Source: Aplysia californica (lineage: Eukaryota). Taken from it: DNA of 64,000 nt. The position numbers and the translations under genes are program-made. The DNA is taken from NCBI RefSeq assembly GCF_000002075.1, contig NW_004797336.1, positions 34,315 through 98,314 on the forward strand, written 5' to 3'. The notes beneath the pieces are model-generated. The model was not told the origin of the DNA, searched no databases, and saw only the letters and a program-made list of their open reading frames with translations. Positions 28,701-38,130 of the stretch are shown here, in pieces; position 1 is the first letter of the stretch; every line of letters starts with the position of its first letter.

Positions 28701-31700
28701 CTAATTTTGGAGCCCCTATAAAAATATATGTATTCTGGCAAGGGGATGAAACGTTAATTATAAAATCAATTCATCATCTTTAGCAAAGGGACAAATTAAA
28801 TATGATGTTTTTTTTACCTCAATTGACCTATGAGGGGTTTTTTTTTCAAACAGTAAAGAAATAATTTTATAGTCAGTGCTTTTCATATTTTTTCCCCTGA
28901 CATTCATCCCTGAGTCTTTATCAGAAAATATGATTTTGAATTTTCTTATGAATGTTTCTGTAAATGTAAGTTACCTCTCTAGATCTATTTGCCAAGAAAA
29001 CAAAATAATTTTATCCTTCAGAGAACAATTTATCTAGTTCAGAGGCTTCTTAAAAATTCAAAGAGATTTTGCAAATTGAAAACTCACTTTGATGGAGATG
29101 TTTGGAGTGGAGAGTACCGCATCACAAAACTGCTCTTGCTTCATCATGGAGTAGAGATTCTGACGAGATGAAGACAATATTTCAGATTCTCTCTTCGCCA
29201 TTGATAATCCCGACTGAGTCATGGTTGACATATTATCAGAGCGGTGATCACTGCCAGCAGTTAAGGTATGCATCCGGTCAGAGGTCAATAACTGCCTAAC
29301 GGCAAACTCTATCATAGGTGCCATTTCTTGCCTGGGTCTTGTCGTGTCCGTTGCAGTATTGCCAGGCGGAATAAATTTGTCGGTCATGGTTTCTGAGGTA
29401 GTTTGCTCATTGTGGAAGCCAGACATGACAGGAAGCTGGAAGGAGACGTCTGAATCAACAGTTGCAGTTGAGTCCGTTTCCAGAAGCACAGATTCCATAC
29501 TCGCTGAATGGGAGGGGAAAGGAAGTGAGGGGGGGCCACTAGCGGTATCATGTGAGACGGACGACAATGCTAGCCGCTTGAGGATGTGATTATCCAGTTC
29601 AGAATTGACTGAATGGCCGATACTTGTCTCTCGCTTGTTGCCTCCTCCAATGGACGGATCCATCTCTATCTCGCCTGGTGGAGGAGGAAGGAACGGGAAA
29701 GCCTGGTAGTGCGACATCATGGGTGGGTTTTCTGGTGCTGAATTATGCTGGTTGCTGAGGCTGAGAGACGGGGAATCCAACAGCCCTGGGACCGGAGCTT
29801 CATCCATGAAGCCTGACGTCGACCCAAGAAAGTGCTGATCAGCAAGAGCCATACTCTCTAACTGGTGCTTGGTCTGAAAAGTCTTCTTAGGGCTAGAGAC
29901 AAGACTGCTAACTGGCTGCTGTGGATGTTGCTGTTGGTGAAGCTGCTGTTGAGACTCAAGCTGCTCTCTCTGTTGATGTTGTTGCTGTTGCTGTTGTTGT
30001 TGTTCTTTGAGCCTTGCCTCTTCTTTTTCATTTTCCTGAAGACTCTCCAAAGCCCGCGTCAGGTCTCTAGGTGTGCGAATACCTTTCATACTCTCTTTGG
30101 CCGAAGTCTTTGTTAACTCTTTTTGAAGTTCTGAAACCTCTCTCATCTGCTTCATACTGTTCAGATCTGACCCATCATTCTTCTCCCGTTCTTTGAAAAT
30201 GGAAGAAGTATCTGGTAGCACAGTCATTTTTTCTGACGGCGATTTCTGATACAAGGTCATATCTTGGGGAATATCAGTGCGATCAAAGTATGGCTGACTC
30301 AGATCACGTTGTGGCTGGCTGTTCATGTACTCCTCAAAATTAAAATCGTTGTCAGCAGAGCCAGTCATACAACCAATGTCTCGGATCAGCTGAGTCTGTA
30401 TTTTCCTGGAAAAGGTAATATCTCTATCCACACCCGTCCCAAAATATGCTTCGAGAGGGAGGTCCTGCTGTCCATGCCCACCGATGTTCATGTCCGAAAA
30501 GGCTAGCTCTGCTTCACCGGTATGTGCAGGGTCCATCGGGGAATCAAACGACAGGTCATCAGGGCCAGCGGCGGCATGCCCAGCGTCCATGTCAAAATCT
30601 TTGTGAACCTGCAGCGCCAACTGTTGATTCATATCCAGCTCCCTCTGAGATGAAGTTGTCAGAGAGTGTTGTAAATCCAAGTCCAGCTGGGGACCTGACA
30701 GAAACTGATGATCAGTGAGTAAGGAGGAGTCCTTGTGCATTACAGGCATAGAAAATGAGACAGGGTCCAAAGTAAGGCCATGAGAGCTGAGAAGACCTGA
30801 TTCTTTAGGGAGAGCAAACTGCCGATCTGCATCATCCGCCCTGCTACGGCTAGTCAACCTTCTCTGTTCATGCTCTGAGGCTCTCAACTCCAGTTCTTCT
30901 TCCATGGTCAGGAAAGTCCTAGAATTATTGGTCACATCTCGTTGGTTTTCACCGCCGTGATAAGCCACTTTGCCTTGGACTTCCGTTCGCAATGCATGCT
31001 GGTCCTTCATCGTCTCATAACCTCCTTCCTCAACACCAGCGTGTAAGGCAGCACCGACACTTGTACTGGCTACTTCAACTGCTCCATGTCTCATCTTTAA
31101 CCCTCCACCACCCAGAAGCCTCGCCATCTTGCGGTGGGCCCGTGGCCGACCATTCCACTTCCCAGCATCTCTGCCAGTCTCATCTGTTTCCTTCACACTG
31201 CTGCGTGGATTTCTCACAGTTTCTCTAAATTCATCGCTTGTTGCAGTTTTCCCCATATCGAACTTGTATTTGTGGTGACTAGATACATCAGCTGGAGTAG
31301 CATGGAACACTGGGTCTAAATCAGAAGAAATACTCCCAAAATGCTGGCTCAAGGAAGGTTTTTTTTGTACAGCCTCAGCCAATCTCAAACTTTCAAAATC
31401 AGAATTATCTCCAAAGCTGAAAGAGGGATATGCCATATGAACCCTTTTCAGTTCATCACTGGGTTGCTGTGGGCTGGAGGAGTCAACAGGCAGAGACACA
31501 CCAGTGTATTGCTGATTAGAATCTGACATTGGGACGGTATTGGAGTACTTTTGGGGTATAGTTACATGAGAGGAAGAATCCATGCTTGCCATGCTCTGGT
31601 GGTAGGCAAGTTGTTGAGCCCCTCGATGCAACGAAGACAGGTCAACGCGACCCGCTGAAGTTCCATAGTCGCGGGATGGAGTAGCAAAATCGAAATCTGT

Positions 31701-33324
31701 ATCAAAGTTGGAGATGTCCATCTGCCTACGGTCGAAGGTGAGAGATGAGTCCTGACCAGCCATGGCCTTGGAGCTCTGCTTACTCGTTGAGGCATCATAC
31801 ATGTTCTCCATCTCCTTAGGGAAGTCTCCTGCTTTCATCCGAGAGTCAAAAAAACTCTGAAAAGCAACATAGAAGAACAGAATGATTCCAAGAGTGTACA
31901 TTGACCAGGAAAAAAAATGTGTTACACCTTATTAAAAATTACATCTAAAGCGAGCCAGGACTATACAAAAATATTTTGCCATTTCGACCTGAGGTAAGAC
32001 TAATGTCAGTCAAAATCGTGGACTGAGCATACATGATCAGCATCTTCATATAGAAGTTTTTAAAAAAATATATAATATATATATATATATTAAAATATCA
32101 AAAGATGGCAAAACTAATAAAAGTGTTTTCCCAAAACAAGAAAGACACCAGATCTTAATGTTCTCATCAGTGGGAACAAAATGAACAGAAAGTAACACAA
32201 TCTAGGTCGTGTATTAATAACGCTCTTCAACTACAGCTTACAAACAGATAAGAAGAAGTTTATCCATATATGCCCCCACCCCACTCTAAAAAGAAAAAAA
32301 AACAACTAACTACAGCCATGCCACTCTCCATCCAGGTCAAAGTTAGCAGGAATCATACAGTTCCCAACCTGACAAGTCAAACTCACAGCATTCACCCCTG
32401 TATGTGTGTTCCGAGAAAAGTAGTAAATTAACCTGCAAAGATAGTACCACATAGGGCAATTAAAGGTCTGTCAAGCACCTTTCCCTAAAAATGACTAAGA
32501 AGGTTAAATCAGTCAGAGAGTGATACATTATAATCTTCACTTTACGTTCCTCTGACACCCTCACTGCTGTATCAAAGGCAGACATTAAAAAACAGAACGT
32601 AAACTAGAATTCAATTCCCTCATTTGAGCAGTCAGAGAAGCAAAAATTTGACCAAAGAGGTCAGTTATCGGACTCAACTCACCTGGTCTAGATCTACACT
32701 GCGGCTCCCTGCCTTGTTAGGATCAGGCATCTCAGCATTTAGAGTGTACTCAAGAGTCTGGGAGAAAGGTTGTGACACATGAGAGACAGGAGGTCGCATT
32801 GACGTCTGGGATATTGCAACTCGATGACTGCATGGGTCAGACCCACCGTTGACAGAATTGTGTCTACTACCATCCTTATTGCTGTAGAGGTCCCCATCAG
32901 GTCTGAAATCTGGCTCAGTGTAGTAAAGAGTGGAGCAACTATTGGTCGTAGTGTGGCTTGAGCTGGACACAAACCCTCCCAGGCTATTGCTCAGATTACC
33001 GTTATTCACAGCCCGGTTTTGTACAGGAAACTGTCCCTGCACACTCAACTCCCCATTCCTGCTGCCGTCTTGTGCTGAGGCTCTATGATATCCATAGAAA
33101 CGCATGGCTCCCTCTCCATGATTCTGACCATTACTAAAACCATCTGCAGGGGATACTGGGGAGAACTGGCCAGAGATGTCAACCGACTGACCAATGGAAG
33201 CTGTCCAGTTGTGCAACTGACCATGCCCAAGAACCTGAGAGGAGGACGACGATGAAGTATCAGGCGGCAGTAGTGTCTCCCGCAGAGAAAGAAGAGAGCT
33301 TGGATCTTCCCCATCGCACTCCAT
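1319..33324 (-). CDS. Multi-exon BTB/POZ + C2H2 zinc-finger transcription factor (ZBTB-like), >2,800 aa, 3' end beyond window. Spliced CDS: 33324-32683, 31856-29088, 28105-25795, 23959-23815, 22275-21165, 20346-20233, 16952-16788, 15911-15696, 14814-14679, 5801-5680, 4189-4121, 3381-3139, 1817-1319
   Basis: Exons were assembled by hand with GT-AG sites and consistent phases. The BTB signature (LYSMMKQEQFCDAVL...|VHQVVLCSLS...FLSLVYVG...NVLDVYVLASSLRMPSVQKLC) joins across the 29088/28105 junction. Six CxxC...H...H fingers, with a TGNRPF linker split across 14679/5801. Confidence 0.85.
1947..2820. mobile_element. piggyBac-like non-autonomous element
   Basis: TTAA on both flanks (1943-1946, 2821-2824); imperfect TIRs CTCACTCACCACC / GGCAGCAAGTGAG. 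Confidence 0.65.
3139..3381 (-). CDS. BTB-ZF gene exon (basic, K/S/G-rich); donor position uncertain
   Basis: Acceptor TTCTCTCCAG|ATG; in-frame donor CAG|GTCTGG. Confidence 0.65.
4121..4189 (-). CDS. BTB-ZF gene probable small exon (LNQENKDLDPAGLAVAMQALVEK)
   Basis: Pyrimidine-rich acceptor ending ACAG; donor AAG|GTAGCA; phase 0-0. Confidence 0.6.
4380..4688 (-). mobile_element. piggyBac-like terminal remnant
   Basis: Ends AAAGGG-TTAA; adjacent degenerate acidic peptide (FTTQDVIDYFDDLSELDAGNDEDY) typical of piggyBac transposase N-termini. Confidence 0.4.
5680..5801 (-). CDS. BTB-ZF gene exon with finger 6
   Basis: G-NRPFSCPECDYSSTTQGNMKNHLKGKH completes the TGNRPF linker; donor AAG|GTTAGT. 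Confidence 0.88.
7073..8775 (+). mobile_element. tRNA-derived SINE split by the Tc1 element (head 7073-7158, tail 8680-8775)
   Basis: Head TGGTGTAGCAGTT and tail GGGGTGTAAAA match an uninterrupted related copy at about 42335-42540. Confidence 0.5.
7159..8679 (+). mobile_element. Tc1/mariner DNA transposon, degenerate (frameshifted transposase about 7483-8466), inserted in a SINE
   Basis: N-terminal PQLTIEERNQAIRRLQAG; FSDES, GGSVMVWG, FQQDNARPH, WPSNSPDMNAIEHIW, GGHTRY; imperfect TIRs sharing AGAAACGCATAA (7159-7184 / 8651-8679). Confidence 0.9.
10250..14360 (-). mobile_element. Near-full-length degenerate I/Nimb-type LINE (APE endonuclease, RT, RNase H, C-terminal Cys-His motif)
   Basis: Colinear fragments: LPKPFILLGDFNAHSPLW, DHFPILL, NYRPIALTSCLCKLIEK, EKAFDTTW, GVPQGSILSPLLF, GAFRTSPV, ILSDSLS...WLPSHVGTQGNEQVDLLAK, CVGCDTDFTIRHIL; many frameshifts. 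Confidence 0.9.
14679..14814 (-). CDS. BTB-ZF gene exon with the end of finger 4 and finger 5
   Basis: AFQNRNSFNNHIFHKHSKDRKHQCKVCEKSFKTWTQLKVHFRSHT-G; donor G|GTCAGT, phase 1. Confidence 0.9.
15696..15911 (-). CDS. BTB-ZF gene exon with fingers 2-3 and the first half of finger 4
   Basis: SCELCGYHSTVGRAYYLHYHRYFKH...CDICDKECHTKFMLKEHQRTH...FTCPHCGQ; acceptor CATTTAG; donor CAG|GTACTC. Confidence 0.9.
15947..16202 (-). repeat. Short retroposon family B (other copies 44217-44512 +, 62618-62860 +)
   Basis: Shared GGGAACTGCTGCTTTTTCTTTCC...GGGTGCCTTGA...CCACCCCTTGGC...ATGACCTT...GCCGTAAAA. Confidence 0.75.
16588..16750 (-). repeat. Short retroposon family A (other copies 16350-16445, 23119-23284 -, 23573-23740 +, 63241-63406 +)
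   Basis: Shared TTGGCGGGTGCTCTG...TGTAACAC...ATGACCTTATTGTGTTGCAAGTGCCGTAAAA...CTAAA. Confidence 0.75.
16788..16952 (-). CDS. BTB-ZF gene exon with C2H2 finger 1 (alternative donor at 16821 possible)
   Basis: FICKLC-x12-HVLNH; T-rich acceptor TTTAAAG; two in-frame CAG|GTGA donors. Confidence 0.75.
17049..17133 (+). mobile_element. Severely 5'-truncated RTE LINE copy with a 12-bp TSD
   Basis: Matches the 3' end of the RTE at 45747-45845; (GAT)n tail; TSD ACTCCACCATCA at 17037-17048 and 17134-17145. Confidence 0.8.
18290..19870. repeat. Microsatellite-rich zone: (TG)n 18330-18420, (GA)n 19470-19540, (CA)n 19685-19830
   Basis: Direct inspection; these tracts explain several spurious low-complexity ORFs. 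Confidence 0.9.
20009..20146. other. Assembly gap (N run); second gap at 52021-52155
   Basis: Runs of N. Confidence 1.
20233..20346 (-). CDS. BTB-ZF gene probable small exon (KSKENSSK...LLLEQ)
   Basis: Acceptor TTTTGCAG; donor CAG|GTGGGG; 38 codons, phase 0-0. Confidence 0.55.
21165..22275 (-). CDS. BTB-ZF gene exon (basic/Ser-rich, NLS-like PPPKKRAK, 16-aa repeats)
   Basis: 377-aa ORF; acceptor TTCCAG; donor CAG|GTGAGC; phase 2 to 0. Confidence 0.85.
23815..23959 (-). CDS. BTB-ZF gene internal exon
   Basis: CTAAC branch-like site and ACAG acceptor; donor AA|GTAAGT; phase 1 to 2, which bridges the neighbouring exons exactly. Confidence 0.75.
24040..24175 (-). mobile_element. tRNA-derived SINE fragment (head plus TGTGTCCTTGGG core-type segment)
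   Basis: A-box-like TAGCCTTGTGG and B-box-like GGTTCG, followed by TGTGTCCTTGGGAAAGGC. Confidence 0.5.
24483..25316. mobile_element. pogo/Tigger-like MITE
   Basis: TA|CAGTCGA...TCAACTG|TA termini; repeated subterminal AGACGGCCAC motifs in both orientations. Confidence 0.75.
25795..28105 (-). CDS. BTB-ZF gene exon: remainder of BTB domain plus long Ser-rich region
   Basis: 787-aa ORF; acceptor CTTTAG|GTG; donor G|GTATGT (phase 1). Confidence 0.9.
29088..31856 (-). CDS. BTB-ZF gene giant exon (923 codons): low-complexity region, poly-Q tract, start of BTB domain
   Basis: 947-aa ORF; acceptor TTTTCAG at 31857; donor AAA|GTGAGT at 29087; ends in FCDAVLSTPNISIK. Confidence 0.88.
32683..33324 (-). 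CDS. BTB-ZF gene first coding exon (214 codons; exon begins at 33392 in the UTR)
   Basis: Strong Kozak context acaATGG at 33324; donor CAG|GTGAGT at 32682; phase 0. Confidence 0.75.
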
Positions 33325-34160
33325 TGTAGGCGCGGGACCATCCAGGCAAATTTAGGTTACAATTCCAGTTGAATCATGTGCGTAATCTTTATCTGAAATA
33401 ATCAAAGAAAACACAATTCAAAGTACAATATAGGCTCTATACACTCAATCCAACTTTGATACATTCCATATAAAATAAAAGCAATCAGAACACTTTTCAA
33501 CACTGCAAGAACAAAAACAAAGAATCTGCCATCATGTCTCATTGCACTTTTCATTGACATGTGATCATTTCAAATCATTGTGCAAATGTGTGGAAATCAA
33601 GGTTTGTGGCTTAACTCATGGCTACCCCTGCCGCATATGGTGCAGTCATAGTACAGTTTCTGCTGACTACCTTTACCACAGCCCCTGAGGATTTTGAGTT
33701 CAGAGGGGGTTTCTTCATGTTATTACTGCAGCATATAATGCTGCGTGGATACTGCTTTCAGAAACTATGACCACATCCATACTGAAATAGCAAGAAAAGT
33801 GTAGAAACGCACCTAGTGCTCTGAGTGCCAAGTGCCGCGCTGTGCAAAGAGGACACTATTTGCGTGTTTATCACACGATGGAGGGTTACTGCCTGTTACA
33901 AACTGGGACAAATGGACAGACTGTTGCCATCGTTGGTCCTTTTTTGTGTTTTCTATGGGAATGTGCCACAAACAATATTATAGGAAGTTGCATACACACT
34001 ACAATTCACATTTGATAAGTTTTCCAACTAATGGTCCAATCATTGTTCTTGTGCCAATTTCAGGACCTATTTTTGTTTGTTTTCTAAAAAAAAAATATTT
34101 TTAAAGAAGAAAATCCCATTGTTTGTTGTGTTACACAATAAAACATTGCATGTTTCATCA

Positions 34161-34210
<50 letters not shown>

Positions 34211-34659
34211 CAGTTAGTTTTGTCACAGTGATCGTTTGGAAAATGTACTGAAATAGCAGGCAGGTTTGCAGGGTACATCAAAGACAAATCTATGGCAGCT
34301 AGCAGCTAGCCCGAGAGTTAAAACTATAATATAAGCCTAAGCATGTATAGTGGTAGGGAAATATAGCTTTTTTGAGAGCATCCAAGCAAAGGAATGAAAG
34401 GAGAACCATGATCGCTGAGGTATGTCGCAGATCTGGCCCTGAACGATGATGATGTGTATAGTGGGCGATAAGCTTTAGCAGCAGGACTCATTTTTATCAA
34501 GCAAAACATCTATAGGAGCCAAGCCAATATATTGCAGAATTTTTCCCTAATGAAAGAAATTATATAGGCCAATATGAGTCACGGCGAGATGGAATCAGGC
34601 GCTCGTTAATTTTTGGGCATATGGGGTTATTCTGTTATTGGTATAATCTTTTTTTTTTA

Positions 34660-35175
34660 TAGTAGAGGGTTTTACGGCGCTCGCAACTGCATAAGGTCAT
34701 ATGAGCACGCGGGACACACCTAATACTTTTATTTGGTAGGAAATTTTGAATTTTGCCTGGGTGGTGGCCGAAGCCTACTCTTATCAATTTTAGACCACCA
34801 GGGGATCTTTAACATGCGCAACTTGCACATGGGCCCTCCGAGATTTTTCGCCCTTGTCCCAGAAGGCTAGGTGTAAATCTTTCCTACCAGAAGATCAGGG
34901 GTGTGGCAGAAAGACAGCTGTTAGGAGTCAAGGAGTAGCAGTAAAAAGGCTGCAGAATGAGTCAGGAGTCCAGAGGAGGGGGCAAAGGAGGTGAAAGGGT
35001 GGGGGCAGAAAGAGGAGATGAAAGCAGAAGACAGAATATTGCTAGAGAGCAGGAAAGGAGGTGAAAGGAGACAATTTTAGAGAAGAAAATTTTTCAGTCG
35101 CTACCCGGATTCGAACCCGGGACCTTTGAATGAGAGGCCAACAACACCTTAACTTCTAGGCCACGACAGCCCCCT
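34660..35175 (-). mobile_element. tRNA-derived SINE family C
   Basis: A/B boxes (TGGCCTAGAAG, GGTTCGAATCC on the minus strand); about 510 bp colinear with the copy at 47704-48247. Confidence 0.85.
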
Positions 35176-35261
35176 GGTATAATCTTAAAGGTTGTTCATT
35201 TGCGTACTGTTTGGTGAAGAAAATAACCATTTATGCAGATTAGAATTCAAAATATTTGCGA

Positions 35262-35570
35262 TTGAAGGAGGTCAGGGTTGCCTGGTTTCAGAGGTAAAAT
35301 TAGCAAAAAAATGGCCGCCAAAGTTGTGTAACTTTCATAGCCTGAGAGTCCTTGGAAACTGAAAATTTACATATTTTGTGCCTTTAATCAATGTTTTTTC
35401 TGTAAAATCCACACAAAAACGTCTTTTTAAATTTATATACAGTAATATAAAAGGTGTTGAGCCATTTATTTTAAAAAATGGAAAAAAATTTCCCATCGGT
35501 AAAAAATGCCGATTTCTTTGATTTAATTATTTTGACGAGCGCCTGATTTCACCACAATACCTCGCAATAC
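35262..35570 (+). repeat. Dispersed DNA-transposon-like repeat (other copies 59746-59960 +, 22481-22750 -, partial 14380-14600)
   Basis: Shared TTGAAGGAGGTCAGGGT(T/C)GCCTGGTTTCAGAGGTAAAAT...GCCGCCAAAGTT...GTGCCTTTAATCAA...GAGCGCCTGATTTCAC. Confidence 0.7.
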
Positions 35571-35640
35571 AATATAATATATATATTATAGACATATCTA
35601 GATTCTATAGAAAGAGATCTAGATCTATATATCACTAGCC

Positions 35641-35827
35641 TAGCCGCGTGATTCAACCGACTAAGTGCCAAGAGACAAATTTTTCAGGAGAAGCAAAAAA
35701 CTTTTATTTCTTTATTTTGGTATCTATGAATCTAAAATTCAGATATATGATATAATATGATGTAGGACGATGGTCTGTAACTAACATTTTTTTAAAAATA
35801 GCTTTCTTACATAAAAGAGAGGGAGTA

Positions 35828-35884
<57 letters not shown>

Positions 35885-37224
35885 CAAACAGATAGACAGA
35901 CAGACAGAGAGGGAGAGAGAGGACAGAGGGAAACTGGAGAATGAGTAGTTTTGGTGAAAATTAAACCCATTATTCCTTTAATTATACGGTGATATTATTT
36001 TTTTTTTCAGATCTATAGTGACGAAGTAATGTATCTCTGCGTCTACTTGTTTATTAGAATTATGTTAACTTAAGCCAAAGTCTTACAGTTTATGGCCAAG
36101 GGAGGCAGGGGAGTAGCCTAAAATATGTGACAGAAATCACAGGCTTCCTCCTACTTTGTTTTAAAGGCCTTGTAACCCAGTGAAACAGACGGTACTACAT
36201 TTTCTCATGACATGACAGCATCCCTGAGCATCACCGTGACGTGGCAGCAACTACCGCGCGTAATTGTTTTCTGACCCCGTGCGGGGCGATGCGCAAAACA
36301 ATGCATTGTTGTTATGGAGCGCGCCACGAGTGACATCTGTTATGTAAATCCTCTCAGGTTGAATACAAACTCATTGTTTTGAATATAGGTAGAATGTATG
36401 AGATTTGTTTCAAATTGAAATGTAGAGCTGAGGAGTTGAAGTTGAAGGTTTGTTGAAGAGAGAATTTTCGGGGGCGAAAGTGTTATGAGTTGCTTTTCCT
36501 TCACTTTATATATTTGACAAATTAAGTATCATCTACCCGGCACTGATTAACTTTCATCTCAGTGATTCAAGAATGGTACAGGACAGACACCGCAAGGGGC
36601 ACACACTTAAAGTAAATTAAGAAGCGTAAAAAGTCGAAATAAAAAATATTTTCTAATATTAGTTGTACCGGATGTGAAGCGCCCCTTAGCTGATCATTAT
36701 AGACTTTTTTTAAAATTCATTCGTCAGTAGCTTTTGCCACAATTTACTGACTTGGTCAAGTCAGATTCTTTGATGCCATCTTGTCCTTTCATAAGTACAC
36801 TACCAAACCTACTGTTCATGGATTACACAAATTGCCTTGACAAAATCTTCTGGCTATCGATAGGGTTTGATCTGAGTCAAAGTTAACAAAGGCAGCTCTT
36901 TGTTTTGATGTTATTACCCTCCGGTCTGTTTGACAAAGGCCACAGTCGTGTGGATCACTCTGCCTATGCGACAGGGGAACACCTCAACAAGCCGCTGAAT
37001 CTGCGAGATTCATCCACCCTTTCGCCACCATGAGGCTGCAAAACTGGCACGTTGGCCGGTTGAATCACATGGAAATTGGGGACTAGTGTGAGGCTAGGCA
37101 ATTTAATCTTTCAAACTCAAGGTTTTAACAAAAGGTGTATCAAAGGCAGTACTACATTAAAATAAAGGGATTAAAAAGTGATTTTCGAAAAATTTGTCAC
37201 TTGGGTGGTTGAATCACGCGGCTA
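35641..37224. mobile_element. Non-autonomous DNA transposon with TAG...CTA termini (Academ-like)
   Basis: Perfect 18-bp TIR TAGCCGCGTGATTCAACC / GGTTGAATCACGCGGCTA, extending imperfectly to GACAAATTTTTC; flanks GCC / GCG. Confidence 0.65.
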
Positions 37225-37228
37225 GCGA

Positions 37229-37938
37229 TAGATCTATTCTAGATCTAGATTTTACAATCTAGATCTAGATAACTAGATAGAATCTAGATCTAGATTAGTC
37301 TAGATATTTATAACATTATAATCTTATCTGACTTGAGATTTGCAAAGCTCGTGATCTAGATCTACTAGGTCTTGCATGCAGACAGTTCACAGCACCATGA
37401 CAACAGGCCAATAAGAAAGATGCAATCAAGAAAAGTATCTTTAATCCTTAGGCTAAGTCAGCCTTAGGTTAGGTTACAGGGACAACAACCTCTATTATAA
37501 AAGAGGGTTATTGTTCAGTAAATTATTTGGAAAGGCATCATTATATCACTCCAGGAATTCAGACATTGAACGCCTAGACCCAGAATCTAGATAGATCTAG
37601 ATAGATCTAAAATATCTAATCTAACATATCTAGTAATCTAGACTAGAGATCTAGAATCTAGACTAGATCTAGCTAGATCTAGAATCTAGTCTAGATCTAG
37701 ATCTAGAATCTAGTCTAGATCTAGATCTAGATAGAATCTAGTCTAGATCTAGATCTAGATAGATCTATCTAGATCTAGAAATCTATATAGATCTAGATCT
37801 AGATCTAGATCTAGATATAGATCTAGATTTTATATCTAGATTCCAGATGAGCTCGTCTGGTGAAAGACCTGGCCTGGTAGTGGTAGATTTCTAGTCTTAG
37901 ATCTAGATTATAGATCTAGATCTAGATTAGCTTAGATC
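37229..37938. repeat. Irregular palindromic (TAGATC)n array; smaller blocks at 35590-35630, 38865-38985, 41036-41060, 52304-52315, 52914-53004
   Basis: Direct inspection: TAGATCTA units mixed with TAGAATCTA, TAGTCTA, TAGACTA, TAGATA, TATCTA and TAGCTA. Confidence 0.9.
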
Positions 37939-37956
37939 ATAAATTTGAGTACTCAC

Positions 37957-38130
37957 AATCATCATTCTATGGTCTGGAAAGGCCAAACGAAGAACATCAT
38001 GAGGAACACACAAAATCAAATTGTCGACATTGTCAAGAGTAGATGGGGGAAACACTAGGCCAAAGTCCTCGAGAACGCCGAGAGCTCCGCCATTGCCAAC
38101 TTGAGTGAAATAGACCATCATTCCACAATG
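37957..38130 (-). other. Probable non-coding first exon (5' UTR) of the BTB-ZF gene
   Basis: Good donor ATT|GTGAGT at 37956, relatively CpG-rich sequence and a YY1-like AATGGCGG at 38094-38087. The next exon acceptor is TTTCAG at 33393. The 5' boundary is approximate. Confidence 0.5.
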
